A DNA stretch of 64,000 bases from Dehalococcoidia bacterium (GCA_965116555.1 OZ220698.1:1705011-1769010); one strand, 5' to 3'; positions 1 through 10,475 are shown, numbered from the stretch's first letter. Made by a program: numbers and translations. Notes: a model not told the origin generated them from the letters alone.

Positions 1-1261
1 CCGGGTCGATTCCCGCGGCACGGAACCCCAGAGGCACCAGAGCTCCCGCCAGCGCCGCCACCACCATGTTGGCCGTCATGGCAATGAACAACGCCAGACC
101 CAGGGCAGCCTTGTCCTCCAGGACAAAGCCCAGTCCGGCAACCAGCAGCCCCAGAAGCAGTCCGTGGATCACTCCCAATAGCGCCTCTCTCAGGACAATG
201 CGGCGCGCGCCGCGAAAGGTGACCTCCCCCAGGGCAAGGCTCCTTACTATTAGGGTGAGCGTCTGCGTGGCGGCTGCCCCTCCTTGACTTGCGACCACCG
301 GTATGAAGGCGGCGAGGATCACCAGCCTGGATATGGTGTTTTCAAATGCGGCTATGACTGCGGCGGCAAGGACCACGGTGGCAAGGTTGAGAAGCAGCCA
401 GGGGAACCTCTTCAACACTGACCTACCGATTGTAGAACTCGTCCTTTCTCTTGAGCCCAGGCCGGCCAAGCGGTGCATGTCTTCCGTCGCCTCTTCTTGC
501 GCCACCTCAAACACCTCTTGCAGGGCGATGGCTCCCAGCAGCCTGCCTTCCGTGTCCACCACTGGAATCTCCGACAAGCTGTAGCGGTCCATCAGCCTTG
601 CCACCTCTTCCTGGTCCATACCCGGGTCAACCGTGGCAACCGGTTCTTGCATTACGTCATGGATGCGAGAGCCGGGTTCGGAAAAGACCAGGTCTCCCAG
701 CACAACGGTTCCCAGCAGCTTGCTTTCCGTATCCACTACAAAGTAGCTGCCCAGGCCCTCCGCGGAACGGCCAAAATGCCTCAGCAGCGACATGAACTGG
801 TCCACTGTAGTCTCGTCGGAGACCGTGATGGTAACCGGCGCCATCAGGCCGCCCGCGCTTTCCTTGGGGAAGGCTATCAGAGGAGCTATTTCATCGGCGT
901 GAGCGGACTCAACCAGGACCCGTTCGACCACTTCAGCCGGAAGCTGCTGCAAAACGTCTGCGGCAACTTCCGGGCGCACCTCGTCCAGTACGGCAACCAG
1001 CGCGGGGGAGTCTAGCGAACGCAGAGCGGAGGCGGCCTCCTCTTCGTCCAGATTCTCCAGGATATCCGCGAATTGCCCGGGAGTCAGGGCCGCGGCAAGC
1101 GCATTCCGCACCTTGGAAGAGACTACTTGTATAACGCTGGCCTGGTCCGCCGGATGCAGTTGTGCCAGCATCACCAGAGAATGGCCGCTGATCTCCTCTT
1201 CCAGGGCTGCCGCCACACGGCGCACGCGGCCTTCTACGGAAGAGGCCTCTTCCTTAGGCAT
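1..1261 (-). CDS. mgtE: Magnesium transporter MgtE (C-terminus runs off the left edge)
   Basis: Absent from the ORF track because there is no stop in the window. Reverse translation from the ATG at 1261..1259 gives MPKEEASSVEGRV.... It has an N-domain, two CBS-like segments (VVDTESKLLGTVVLGDL, IPVVDTEGRLLGAIALQEV) and a TM region ending GFRAAGIDP, typical of MgtE. Confidence 0.9.
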   Translation of the reverse strand, partial: MPKEEASSVEGRVRRVAAALEEEISGHSLVMLAQLHPADQASVIQVVSSKVRNALAAALTPGQFADILENLDEEEAASALRSLDSPALVAVLDEVRPEVAADVLQQLPAEVVERVLVESAHADEIAPLIAFPKESAGGLMAPVTITVSDETTVDQFMSLLRHFGRSAEGLGSYFVVDTESKLLGTVVLGDLVFSEPGSRIHDVMQEPVATVDPGMDQEEVARLMDRYSLSEIPVVDTEGRLLGAIALQEVFEVAQEEATEDMHRLAGLGSRERTSSTIGRSVLKRFPWLLLNLATVVLAAAVIAAFENTISRLVILAAFIPVVASQGGAAATQTLTLIVRSLALGEVTFRGARRIVLREALLGVIHGLLLGLLVAGLGFVLEDKAALGLALFIAMTANMVVAALAGALVPLGFRAAGIDP

Positions 1262-1340
1262 CGTTTGTCTACTCTTCCCATCGATGTTCAAGAGTGCCGC
1301 CTTTAACTGATGTTTTGCCCGCCTGCCAGTATAGTGACAG

Positions 1341-1386
1341 GGCAAAACAAAAAGGAAGTGCCCTCCAAGGAAGCCCTGGAGGGCAC
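1341..1386 (-). terminator. Rho-independent terminator downstream of the 57-aa zinc-ribbon ORF
   Basis: A 10-bp GC stem (gtgccctcca / tggagggcac, 1358..1386) is followed on the minus strand by CTTCCTTTTTGTTTTG. Confidence 0.6.
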
Positions 1387-1409
1387 TTCTCCAAAAGAGC
1401 CGGTTTGCT

Positions 1410-1583
1410 CTAAGCCGCTTCGGTCACTACCTCCTCCACCAGCTTGGCAGCCACCACCGTGACAGTTTCACCTTCCACGTCCGCCTCGTAGCCGCACATC
1501 AGGCACTCTTTGAACCAACCATAATGATCGCCGGTCAAAGTCATGTCTCCCTTGCAGCGGGGGCAAGCCTTGAAGTATATCAT
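1410..1583 (-). CDS. Small zinc-ribbon protein (57 aa), hypothetical
   Basis: Below the track size cutoff. Manual translation: MIYFKACPRCKGDMTLTGDHYGWFKECLMCGYEADVEGETVTVVAAKLVEEVVTEAA. It carries a CPRC...CLMC pair, has AGGAGG upstream and its own terminator. Confidence 0.55.
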   Translation of the reverse strand: MIYFKACPRCKGDMTLTGDHYGWFKECLMCGYEADVEGETVTVVAAKLVEEVVTEAA

Positions 1584-1781
1584 CTCTATTTCTACCTCCT
1601 TTGTACCGACTTCACTACCGTCCTATTGTCTATCAACACCACGTCAATTAAAAGAGATACGACGGAAAACTGCAACTGGATTCGTCAATTTGCCGTCGAT
1701 ATACGTAATAACGAATCAGGATCACCTTTTGTCAGTTTACTCCGCATCTCAAACTCTATACATCAGCAGCTATTATATAAC

Positions 1782-1810
1782 TTGACACGCTCCGTATCAA
1801 TACTTATAAT
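1782..1810 (+). promoter_or_regulatory. Sigma-70-type promoter of the hspR-grpE-dnaK operon with an overlapping HAIR-like inverted repeat
   Basis: TTGACA (1782..1787), a 17-nt spacer, then TATAAT (1805..1810), matching the consensus exactly. CTTGACA-N7-TATCAAT resembles the HspR operator layout CTTGAGT-N7-ACTCAAG. Confidence 0.5.
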
Positions 1811-1847
1811 ACTTTTCATAGTCACCTACTCTGATTTCAAGGCAGCA

Positions 1848-2369
1848 ATGACAAGCAGAGAGCCAAGAGAACAACCCTACAGGGAGAAGACCCCCATCCG
1901 CACCGGCGAAGTCATCCCCTCTCCGTTTCCCAGCGAGTCGCTGCCTACGCGCAGGGACGTACCAGAGAGGGAAATGCCCAGCCAGTACAACCAAGAACCC
2001 GTGGAGGGTCTCTACATCATCAGCGTTGCCGCCCGCTTGCTTGCAATGCATCCTCAAACGCTGCGCAAGTACGAGCGCGCCGGGCTTATACGTCCACCCA
2101 GAACAATCGGCAAGCTGCGGCTCTATTCTGAACAGGATATTGCCCGGCTCAAGTTGATCAAACACTTGGTGGACGACCTGGGCATGAACCTGGCAGGGGT
2201 AGAGCTTGTACTCGACCTGCTGGGTCGGATAAGTCAGGCCAGGCAGCGAATAGCCGCTCTGGAAGCGCAGCGCGACTTCAGGAGAGTAGTGACGCAGGAG
2301 TTCGATAGGATGCTGCAGCTGCTTGACGTGGCTATGGATAACCTGGACGTTCCCAGAGAGATGGAGTAG
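1848..2369 (+). CDS. hspR: MerR-family heat-shock regulator, HspR-like
   Basis: The C-terminal part (YIISVAARLLAMHPQTLRKYERAGLIRPPRTIGKLRLYSEQDIARLKLIKHL) is a MerR HTH. It lies immediately upstream of grpE-dnaK. The start is placed at the first ATG after the promoter; the 281-aa track ORF would extend through AT-rich promoter DNA. Confidence 0.8.
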   Translation: MTSREPREQPYREKTPIRTGEVIPSPFPSESLPTRRDVPEREMPSQYNQEPVEGLYIISVAARLLAMHPQTLRKYERAGLIRPPRTIGKLRLYSEQDIARLKLIKHLVDDLGMNLAGVELVLDLLGRISQARQRIAALEAQRDFRRVVTQEFDRMLQLLDVAMDNLDVPREME

Positions 2370-2372
2370 CCC

Positions 2373-2930
2373 ATGCCAGAGACAACGGATTCGCCCAATA
2401 GGCCGGAAGATCTGAACGACGAAACTGAAAAGCCACCCACGTCCAGAGAAGAGCTGGAGGCCCAGCTTGAGGAAGCGGACCGGGAACGCGGCCAGTTCCG
2501 TGAGATGGCGCAGCGGGCGCAGGCAGACTTGACCAACTACCGCAGGCGCATGGAGGAGGAACGAGGAGATATCTTCGATGCCGCCGCGTCTCGCGTTATC
2601 AACAAGCTGCTCCCCATTGTGGATGACCTGCAGAGGGCGCTGGAACAGGCCCCTTCCGCAGGAGAAGACGCTGCCTGGGTGGAAGGGATACGGATTATAG
2701 ATAAGAACCTGAAGGCATTGCTAGAATCGGAGGGCGTAACCTCCATAGAAGCGGAGGGCAAGCCGTTCGACCCGTGGGAACATGAAGCGATCATGTCGCT
2801 CCCTAGCAACGAGCATGAGCCTGGCATTGTGGCACAGGTGATCAGGCCGGGCTACAAGATGCGCAACAAGATACTTAGGGCGGCGCAGGTTGCCATAGCG
2901 CAGGAACAACAGCCGGAAGAAGGGCAATAG
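2373..2930 (+). CDS. grpE: Nucleotide exchange factor GrpE
   Basis: 185 aa with an acidic N-terminus, a coiled-coil and the GrpE C-terminal motifs (FDPWEHEAI, VIRPGYK). It sits between hspR and dnaK. Confidence 0.95.
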   Translation: MPETTDSPNRPEDLNDETEKPPTSREELEAQLEEADRERGQFREMAQRAQADLTNYRRRMEEERGDIFDAAASRVINKLLPIVDDLQRALEQAPSAGEDAAWVEGIRIIDKNLKALLESEGVTSIEAEGKPFDPWEHEAIMSLPSNEHEPGIVAQVIRPGYKMRNKILRAAQVAIAQEQQPEEGQ

Positions 2931-2972
2931 AGTTTTAAAGGCTGGGAAACCGCCTTAGATGGAGGAAGAAAA

Positions 2973-4865
<1,893 letters not shown>

Positions 4866-4888
4866 CCGCGGCTTCGGCAGGAACGGGC

Positions 4889-5434
4889 CTACATTCCCTC
4901 AATGACGCCACAGGCCACCCGGCCACCGGCCCCGGCTTCCGCGCCGTAAGTGTCCGGCTTTTCGTGGACAATTATGGCCGAGCCGTCCGCGTCCAAAACG
5001 GAGGTCTCCTCTCCCGTTGCCAGCGTGATTCTTTCCGTAAAGTGATCGGCCCGCGCTACGCCATCCGACCCCGCGTAGATGTTGGGCAAGTCGCCGGCGT
5101 GCGGGCCTTCGGTGTTCATGTAACCGTGTTCATAGCCTTTGGGACTGAAGTGATCGCCGGCAGCTGAAAAGTCCGGCTGGCAGGAACCGACGGTGTGGAT
5201 GTGGAACCCGTGGAAACCAGGAGACAGACCCCGTAAATCCGCCATTACCAATACTCCTTTGGAGCCCTGTATCAGCCGGACGGTTCCCATATCCGCCCCA
5301 TCCGGCCCCGTCATAGCTGCGAGAGCTTCCGCGCCCATGTCGGCAGACTGCTTGGTTTCCTCCCGTTGGCAGCCAGCCAGAACCGTAATTGCTACTGTCA
5401 TAGCTACAAAGATTGTAATGAGTTTCAGAATCAT
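4889..5434 (-). CDS. sodC: Cu/Zn superoxide dismutase, lipoprotein
   Basis: GFHGFHIHTVGSC, PHAGDLPN and GGRVACGVI motifs. N-terminal MILKLITIFVAMTVAITVLAGC lipobox. GGAGGT lies 5 nt before the ATG at 5434. Confidence 0.9.
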   Translation of the reverse strand: MILKLITIFVAMTVAITVLAGCQREETKQSADMGAEALAAMTGPDGADMGTVRLIQGSKGVLVMADLRGLSPGFHGFHIHTVGSCQPDFSAAGDHFSPKGYEHGYMNTEGPHAGDLPNIYAGSDGVARADHFTERITLATGEETSVLDADGSAIIVHEKPDTYGAEAGAGGRVACGVIEGM

Positions 5435-5459
5435 CGAACACCTCCAAAAACAACTGTCG

Positions 5460-6644
5460 CTAGGCATGGTATGGAAAGATGATCTCCTCCACCATCCTGA
5501 CGCTGGCCTCGGCGAACTGCCTTGTCGCCTGGACCGCGTCTCTCGTTAAGGGCGGGGCCTCAATGTCCGACACCCTGTCCTTCCCCAATCTACTCCTTTC
5601 CGACTCGGGCACGGCATCCGGCAGCTCCCGACCCGACATGACGCCGTAGGCCAGGGCCCAGCACCTGGCCACGGCGGATAGGTCGTAACCGCCGCCGCCC
5701 AGGGCAATCCAGGGCACGCCCTTTGCGGCTTGCGCCAGCGATTCCACCACCGAGACGAATCCCCTGCTGGTAAGAGCCAGGTGGGTCAGTGGGTCAGAGT
5801 AGTACGTATCCACGCCCAACTGCGTCACCAGCGCATCCGGCTTGAACAGCTCCAGCAAGGGAAGCGCCACTTGCTGAAACGCCCATAGGTACACGTCGTC
5901 GCTGGTATAGGGGGCAAGGGGCAGGTTGACGGAGTAGCCCTCGCCGGGGCCGCTCCCCTTCTCTTCCACGAAGCCCGTTCCCGGGAAAAGGTACCGCCCG
6001 GACTCATGCAGCGAGATGGTAAGCACGGAATCCGTATCGTAGAAGATCTGCTGCACGCCGTCTCCGTGGTGGGCGTCTATATCCACGTAGGCCACGCGAA
6101 GCCCTCTATTCACCATCGCCCTTATAGCTATGGCCGGGTCGTTGAAGATGCAAAAGCCGGAGGCGTTGGACGGCATGGCGTGATGAAGACCACCCGATAT
6201 ATTGAAAGCGGCCCTCGCCTCTCCTGACAACGCCCTTTCAGTGGCAACCAGGGACGCTCCGGTGGAGAGAAGCGCCGCATCGTACATGCCCTTGTAGATT
6301 GGGTTGTCGCCCGCCGCGCTGAAGCCGTATCTTGACGGGTCGGCGGTAGAGAGTCCGGCGCTAAGGCTCCTGGTCGCGTCCACGTAGTCCCGAGTGTGGC
6401 AGGTCAGGACGTCCTCTTCGGAGGCTGGCCTGGGTTCGACCAGGGATGAATCAGGGGGCTGGAATGCGCCCAGCGCTTCCAGAAGCTCGTAGGTATAGCG
6501 GAGCCGGACCGGCCGCATGGGATGGCCTTCGCGCAAGACGTGCCGCGAGAGTTGGTCGGAGTAGACGAATGCCGCGCCGTTGTTCATGGTTGACCACTTG
6601 ACATAAGTCGATTTTGGGGTGTCGTGAAAAGGGTTGTTAGACAT
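5460..6644 (-). CDS. Histone deacetylase-family enzyme (AcuC-like acetoin utilisation / protein deacetylase)
   Basis: 394 aa with GGLHHAMPSNASGFCIFND and DIDAHHGDGVQ motifs. Confidence 0.85.
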   Translation of the reverse strand: MSNNPFHDTPKSTYVKWSTMNNGAAFVYSDQLSRHVLREGHPMRPVRLRYTYELLEALGAFQPPDSSLVEPRPASEEDVLTCHTRDYVDATRSLSAGLSTADPSRYGFSAAGDNPIYKGMYDAALLSTGASLVATERALSGEARAAFNISGGLHHAMPSNASGFCIFNDPAIAIRAMVNRGLRVAYVDIDAHHGDGVQQIFYDTDSVLTISLHESGRYLFPGTGFVEEKGSGPGEGYSVNLPLAPYTSDDVYLWAFQQVALPLLELFKPDALVTQLGVDTYYSDPLTHLALTSRGFVSVVESLAQAAKGVPWIALGGGGYDLSAVARCWALAYGVMSGRELPDAVPESERSRLGKDRVSDIEAPPLTRDAVQATRQFAEASVRMVEEIIFPYHA

Positions 6645-6789
6645 GAGAAAACGGTCAGATGGCGGTTAACGGTGGAGTCGTGTCGTGCCTGAGAAGGGGG
6701 AATCGTTTCCAACGTTATGTCAAGTACAAGGCTAAATTCGGGCGAAATTTTGGCGGAGGTGAGAAACGAATCAGATTCCGGGGCAAAGT

Positions 6790-7318
6790 TGAGGATGGCA
6801 AGGCGGGCCTTCCCTTCGGCTACGCTCAGGGTGAACTCCCCACACCGCCCCTGGATACCCGCCGCCGCGGGTATGGCCCTTCGGCTGCGCTCAGGGTAAA
6901 CTCCCCGCACCGCCAGATTGCTTCGCTGCGCTCGCAATGACGAAAGGGGTGCGACCGGCTCGCGGCACCACCGTTTCCGTGGAAAGGAGGGCCCGCACCG
7001 CCCCTGGATGCCCGTCTTCACGGGCAAGACGATTTGGGCAGGCTGTGCAGGCAAGACCCTTCGGCTGCGCTCAGGGTAAACTCCCCCCGCTACCCCTGGG
7101 TTCCCGCTCCCCGATCGGGGTCGGGGACAGGCTATGCGGGCAAGATGGTGGGGAACGGCATGGCTGTAGACGGTTGTCATGGTGAGGCAAGGATAGCAAG
7201 AGGGCGGGTGATGGGGAAGGGGGGAATGTCGGGTACTGCCCGCCCCGTGCCACTCCTGGGTTCCTCGTCCCCGTATCAAGTGCGGGGCAGGCTTCACGGG
7301 AACGACAGTGTCAGGTGG
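6790..7318. repeat. Cluster of GC-rich hairpin repeat modules (largest locus of a dispersed family)
   Basis: There are three copies of cccttcggctRcgctcagggtRaactcc (6812, 6877, 7057). Hairpins include acccgccgccgcgggt, gcccgtcttcacgggc, ccccgatcgggg and cttcacgggaacgac. The same modules recur at five other loci. Confidence 0.8.
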
Positions 7319-7390
7319 CTGCGGTGAGCGCCCGCTCGTTGCCTGTCGCAGCTGCCACTATAACCTGGATCGATGGTACTCTCAACGGTG

Positions 7391-7420
7391 TTGACGGGCG
7401 GCACCAGTGCGCCGTATGAT
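7391..7420 (+). promoter_or_regulatory. Candidate promoter of vapBC
   Basis: TTGACG (7391..7396), an 18-nt spacer, then TATGAT (7415..7420). Short inverted repeats follow (TGTAtccgTACA, GTACA..TGTAC) and could be the VapB operator. Confidence 0.45.
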
Positions 7421-7458
7421 TGTATCCGTACATATATTGGTGTACAGGGAGGACGAAA

Positions 7459-7707
7459 ATGGCACGGCTTGACGTGCGACTGGATAATGAGCGGCGGGCG
7501 CGGCTGGAGGAACTTGTGAAGGAGCAGGGCGTTCCCATATCGGAGTTGGTGCGCCGCTTCATAGACAACGCCTACGAAGACGTAATGCAACGGCGTCGCA
7601 TGGAAGCGGTAAGGCGGCTGGTGAAACTGAACATCGAGGTTCCCCAAGACCCGGCTGCGCTCTCCCGCGAGTTGGAGGCGGCCCATGAGCCCGGCGGCCT
7701 TCATTGA
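7459..7707 (+). CDS. vapB: Ribbon-helix-helix antitoxin (VapB-like)
   Basis: MARLDVRLDNERRARLEELVKEQGVPISELVRRFI is a CopG/RHH pattern. GGGAGGA lies upstream. It overlaps the downstream PIN gene. Confidence 0.8.
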   Translation: MARLDVRLDNERRARLEELVKEQGVPISELVRRFIDNAYEDVMQRRRMEAVRRLVKLNIEVPQDPAALSRELEAAHEPGGLH

Positions 7708-8146
7708 CGCCAATATCCTCGTCTACGCCTCCGGCAGGGAACATCCCCAAAAAGAGCCTTGCGCCCGGGTCCTGATGATGGCTGCGGATCGCCCGCTGTC
7801 ATTTGTGACCAGCTCGGAGGTCATTCAAGAGCTTCTGCACCTCTACATAGCCCAGGGTCGATGGGTCCTGGGCAGAGAGGCCGTCCGCAGCTTTGCCCAG
7901 GTGATGCACGGCAGGATAGAGCCCGTCTACGCAGAGGATGTGCTGTTGGCGGCCAGGCTTGCGGATAGCCATCCGGGAATAAGCGCCCGAGATCTGGTCC
8001 ACGCGGCGGTAATGCAACGCCTGGGAGTCAACCGGATCATCTCGGTGGATACCGACTTCGACCGCCTGCCCAACGTAACGCGGCTTGACCCCGTCCGCCT
8101 GGAAGAGTGGGCAGACTCCGTTTTGGCGGGCGACGTAGAAGTTTGA
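7685..8146 (+). CDS. vapC: PIN-domain ribonuclease toxin VapC
   Basis: N-terminal FIDANILVYA, with conserved acidic positions (..SSEVIQE.., ..ISVDTDFDR..). It overlaps vapB by 23 nt. Confidence 0.85.
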   Translation: MSPAAFIDANILVYASGREHPQKEPCARVLMMAADRPLSFVTSSEVIQELLHLYIAQGRWVLGREAVRSFAQVMHGRIEPVYAEDVLLAARLADSHPGISARDLVHAAVMQRLGVNRIISVDTDFDRLPNVTRLDPVRLEEWADSVLAGDVEV

Positions 8147-8225
8147 CGCGTTATTCTCAAAGCAATGAAGAGGGAAGACGCGTCAGGAACAAGACCTGCT
8201 CATGACGGGATCAAACATGCTCCGC

Positions 8226-8702
8226 TCATCGCGCTTCTCCCAGGGCGCGCTCCAGGTCCCGTCTCATGTTTTGCCAGTGGGTGCCGCGCCAGTAGACCTT
8301 GAGACAACGCGGACACTCCTTGAAGATCTCCTGCGTTTGGAAAACGTAAGGCGGCACTCTATCCTCCACCTGCTCCGCGTCCAAGCCTCGCAGCTCAACG
8401 TTGCACTCTATACAGCGTAAGAAGTCCTCTGAAGCGCTAAGTTTGAACTCAGCGGTCACCTGCTGCACCTGCTCCAACAGTTTATCGCTGTGGAGAAGGA
8501 GGACACTAGCGGAACCGGACGTAACCAGGCGGCGTTCCAGCAAGCGCCTGTCCCTGGAGAGAACTATGCGCCCTTCACTGTGCGCTATTGCCAACAGATC
8601 GCCGTCATCAACGTCCGGCACAAAGGAGGCGTCGTAGCCCATGGCGCGCAGCCACTTGGCCAGCCGCCCCACGTTTACGTCCACGATGAATCTAGGCTTC
8701 AT
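8226..8702 (-). CDS. Mut7-C RNase domain protein (DUF82-like, PIN-like fold plus C-terminal zinc ribbon)
   Basis: MKPRFIVDVNVGRLAKWLRAMGYD...CIECN...CPRCLKVYWRGTHW. The start is set at the internal ATG 8702; the upstream part of the track ORF is unlikely to be coding. Confidence 0.8.
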   Translation of the reverse strand: MKPRFIVDVNVGRLAKWLRAMGYDASFVPDVDDGDLLAIAHSEGRIVLSRDRRLLERRLVTSGSASVLLLHSDKLLEQVQQVTAEFKLSASEDFLRCIECNVELRGLDAEQVEDRVPPYVFQTQEIFKECPRCLKVYWRGTHWQNMRRDLERALGEAR

Positions 8703-8883
8703 TTCAGAACCGGTCACGCCGCATCTGCTTGAACAGTTTATCGCACTTCCCGGTCCCACGGGGCGCACGGATTGGGGCCTCAACGGGGTCAATTATGCCT
8801 AAATTGGCGTAAGGTTACAAAAGGTCATGGTAATTTGCACTAATTATCACACCCCGGTTACACCTGTGTGGTACTGTGAACCA

Positions 8884-8997
8884 ATGACCAAACCCAACTT
8901 TACCGACGAAGACGCAATGCAAACTCCAACCAGAACTACGCCGCTCCCGTCGTCATCCGCCGCCGTGAGTTTGCGAGGAACACGCGTACGGACATGA
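8884..8997 (+). CDS. Candidate short ORF P1 (37 aa), MTKPNFTDEDAMQTPTRTTPLPSSSAAVSLRGTRVRT
   Basis: Manual translation. Its TGA overlaps the ATG of the oxidoreductase (ATGA). Its first 24 nt match 21/24 with the start of ORF P2 at 10355. No clear SD was seen. Confidence 0.3.
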   Translation: MTKPNFTDEDAMQTPTRTTPLPSSSAAVSLRGTRVRT

Positions 8998-10358
8998 AGC
9001 GAGTCGTCATAGTGGGCGGAGGAGCCGCCGGGCTGGGCGTCACCTACACCCTGAAGAAGCGAGGCTTCGATCCGGTGCTGCTCGAAGCTGGCGACCGTGT
9101 GGGCGGTCGCCTCATCGGCGACAAGGTGGACGGCTTCTCCATCGATACCGGCGCGGACTTTTTCTGCTCCTCCTACGACGCGGCTTTCCGCATTTGCGAG
9201 GAGTTGGGATTGTCCTTGGTCCGCTCCAAGATGAGGCTAGGCTGGTTCAGGAACGGCCGGTGGACGACCACGACGCCGGGCCTGGCTGTTGGCAACCTTA
9301 TCAGGAACCTGCCTGCAGCCCATGCCCTGGGATTCCTGTCGCCCCGGGCGATGTTGCCCAACATGAAGCTGTTTCGGAGCATATTCCGCCAGTCCGATTA
9401 CCTGAGCTTCGCCTCTGATAGCCGGATCGCCGAGCTCGACGGGGAAGAGAGCTTCGGCGAATACCTACGGAGGCTGGGCGTGACCGAGGAGCTCCATGTG
9501 ACGATCAGGGGATTCCTGGAGATGACGATGGGCCACGTCGAGTTCTCCGGCGAGGCTTACATGCGGACGTACCTGCTGGAGATGCTGCTGAACGCGGACA
9601 AGCTCTATGTGCCGGAGAAGGGCGCCGCCGCTCTCTGCGAGGCACTGGCCGGCGCGTGCGGAGACGCCATCCGCGTCTCGACCTCCGCAAGACGCGTGGC
9701 TATTGAGAACGGGGTCGCGACCGGCGTGGTCGTTGACGGCGAGACGATTGAGGCCGATGCGGTCATCTGCGCCGTGCCTCCCACAAGGGTGCCGCACATC
9801 ATTCCCGACCTGCCGGACGACGTCCGCCAAACACTGGGCAACATCACCTATTCGTCCGGGTGCCGCGTGGTGATCGGCCTGGACCATCCGCCGCTTCCCC
9901 CCGGCTGGCACGGCGCGCTGTACCCGGAGGACGACACGCCGCTGCTCCTGGACCGGTCCATCAACCTGCCCTCATGCGCGCCGCAGGGGAAGAGCACCCT
10001 TGATCTGCTCGTCGGGCGCGACCGCGCGAAGGAGCTGATCCCCCTGGAGGACGAGGAGATCAAGCGCCGTATGCTTCGAGACGCTCGCCGAAACCCGCCT
10101 CCCGGCTCCGCTCTCCCCGACGACGACCAAGGGCTGTTCACTCGCGTGTACCGCTGGGAAGAGGCCGTGTGCATGGGGACGCCCGGCATGTTCACCTCGG
10201 TGGCGGACATCCGCCGCCGGCTCAGGCGGGAAATCCCAAATCTCCTCCTGGCGGGCGACTACACGCGGGTGCCCTCGGTAAACGGCGCCCTGGCAAGCGG
10301 CATTGGCGCGGCCGAGGAGGTCGCGGAGATGCCGCCATCGCTCGGAGACTTGGCATGA
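8994..10358 (+). CDS. FAD/NAD(P)-binding oxidoreductase (amine oxidase / protoporphyrinogen oxidase / CrtI-like superfamily)
   Basis: 454 aa. N-terminal VVIVGGGAAGLGVTYTLKKRGFDPVLLEAGDRVGGR dinucleotide fold and C-terminal LLLAGDYT motif. Confidence 0.85.
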   Translation: MKRVVIVGGGAAGLGVTYTLKKRGFDPVLLEAGDRVGGRLIGDKVDGFSIDTGADFFCSSYDAAFRICEELGLSLVRSKMRLGWFRNGRWTTTTPGLAVGNLIRNLPAAHALGFLSPRAMLPNMKLFRSIFRQSDYLSFASDSRIAELDGEESFGEYLRRLGVTEELHVTIRGFLEMTMGHVEFSGEAYMRTYLLEMLLNADKLYVPEKGAAALCEALAGACGDAIRVSTSARRVAIENGVATGVVVDGETIEADAVICAVPPTRVPHIIPDLPDDVRQTLGNITYSSGCRVVIGLDHPPLPPGWHGALYPEDDTPLLLDRSINLPSCAPQGKSTLDLLVGRDRAKELIPLEDEEIKRRMLRDARRNPPPGSALPDDDQGLFTRVYRWEEAVCMGTPGMFTSVADIRRRLRREIPNLLLAGDYTRVPSVNGALASGIGAAEEVAEMPPSLGDLA

Positions 10359-10459
10359 CTGAACCCAACTTTGCCGACCGCTACCTGACACCAGAGAACG
10401 AGCGGAACATCCCGGCATGGTCGGGCACGGGCCGCCCGCCACCGGAGACGATAGCATAA
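10355..10459 (+). CDS. Candidate short ORF P2 (34 aa), MTEPNFADRYLTPENERNIPAWSGTGRPPPETIA
   Basis: Its ATG overlaps the oxidoreductase TGA (ATGA). The N-terminus is homologous to P1. A weak GGAGA lies 6 nt upstream. Confidence 0.3.
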   Translation: MTEPNFADRYLTPENERNIPAWSGTGRPPPETIA

Positions 10460-10475
10460 ATGGAGGGATTGATGA

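Noticed and set aside
1-40. tRNA T-arm-like string GGGTCGATTCCCGC at the window edge
   Set aside because: It lies inside the mgtE coding frame (encodes ..AAGIDP on the minus strand), and no acceptor or anticodon arms can be built around it.
303-1306. Several plus-strand ORFs over the left end (303..584, 451..795, 473..1015, 1073..1306)
   Set aside because: They are antisense shadows of mgtE. The minus-strand frame gives one continuous, recognisable MgtE sequence, whereas the plus-strand products are low-complexity.
1262-1409. M-box (Mg) riboswitch upstream of mgtE
   Set aside because: Only about 80 nt separate the upstream terminator from the mgtE start, too short for an M-box, and no conserved M-box core was recognisable.
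1524-1847. N-terminal 108 codons of the 281-aa track ORF (long form of hspR)
   Set aside because: This stretch is AT-rich with an implausible peptide. It also contains the consensus promoter itself, so the first ATG after the promoter (1848) is preferred.
4866-4888. Palindrome AGCCGCGGCT between the convergent dnaK and sodC genes as a terminator
   Set aside because: It has only a 10-nt self-complementary core with no loop or U-tract. That is insufficient to call.
6790-7318. Possible CRISPR array, because of many short GC-rich palindromic repeats
   Set aside because: There is no single repeat unit at constant spacing. The modules are heterogeneous, abut each other without unique spacers of regular length, and no cas genes are present.
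6584-7327. A 237-aa minus-strand ORF and several 60-100-aa ORFs across 6584..7327
   Set aside because: They are translations of the hairpin repeat modules (PFGCAQGKL, VFTGTT-type peptides). They lack SD sequences, and the same 'peptides' appear in both orientations at other intergenic loci.
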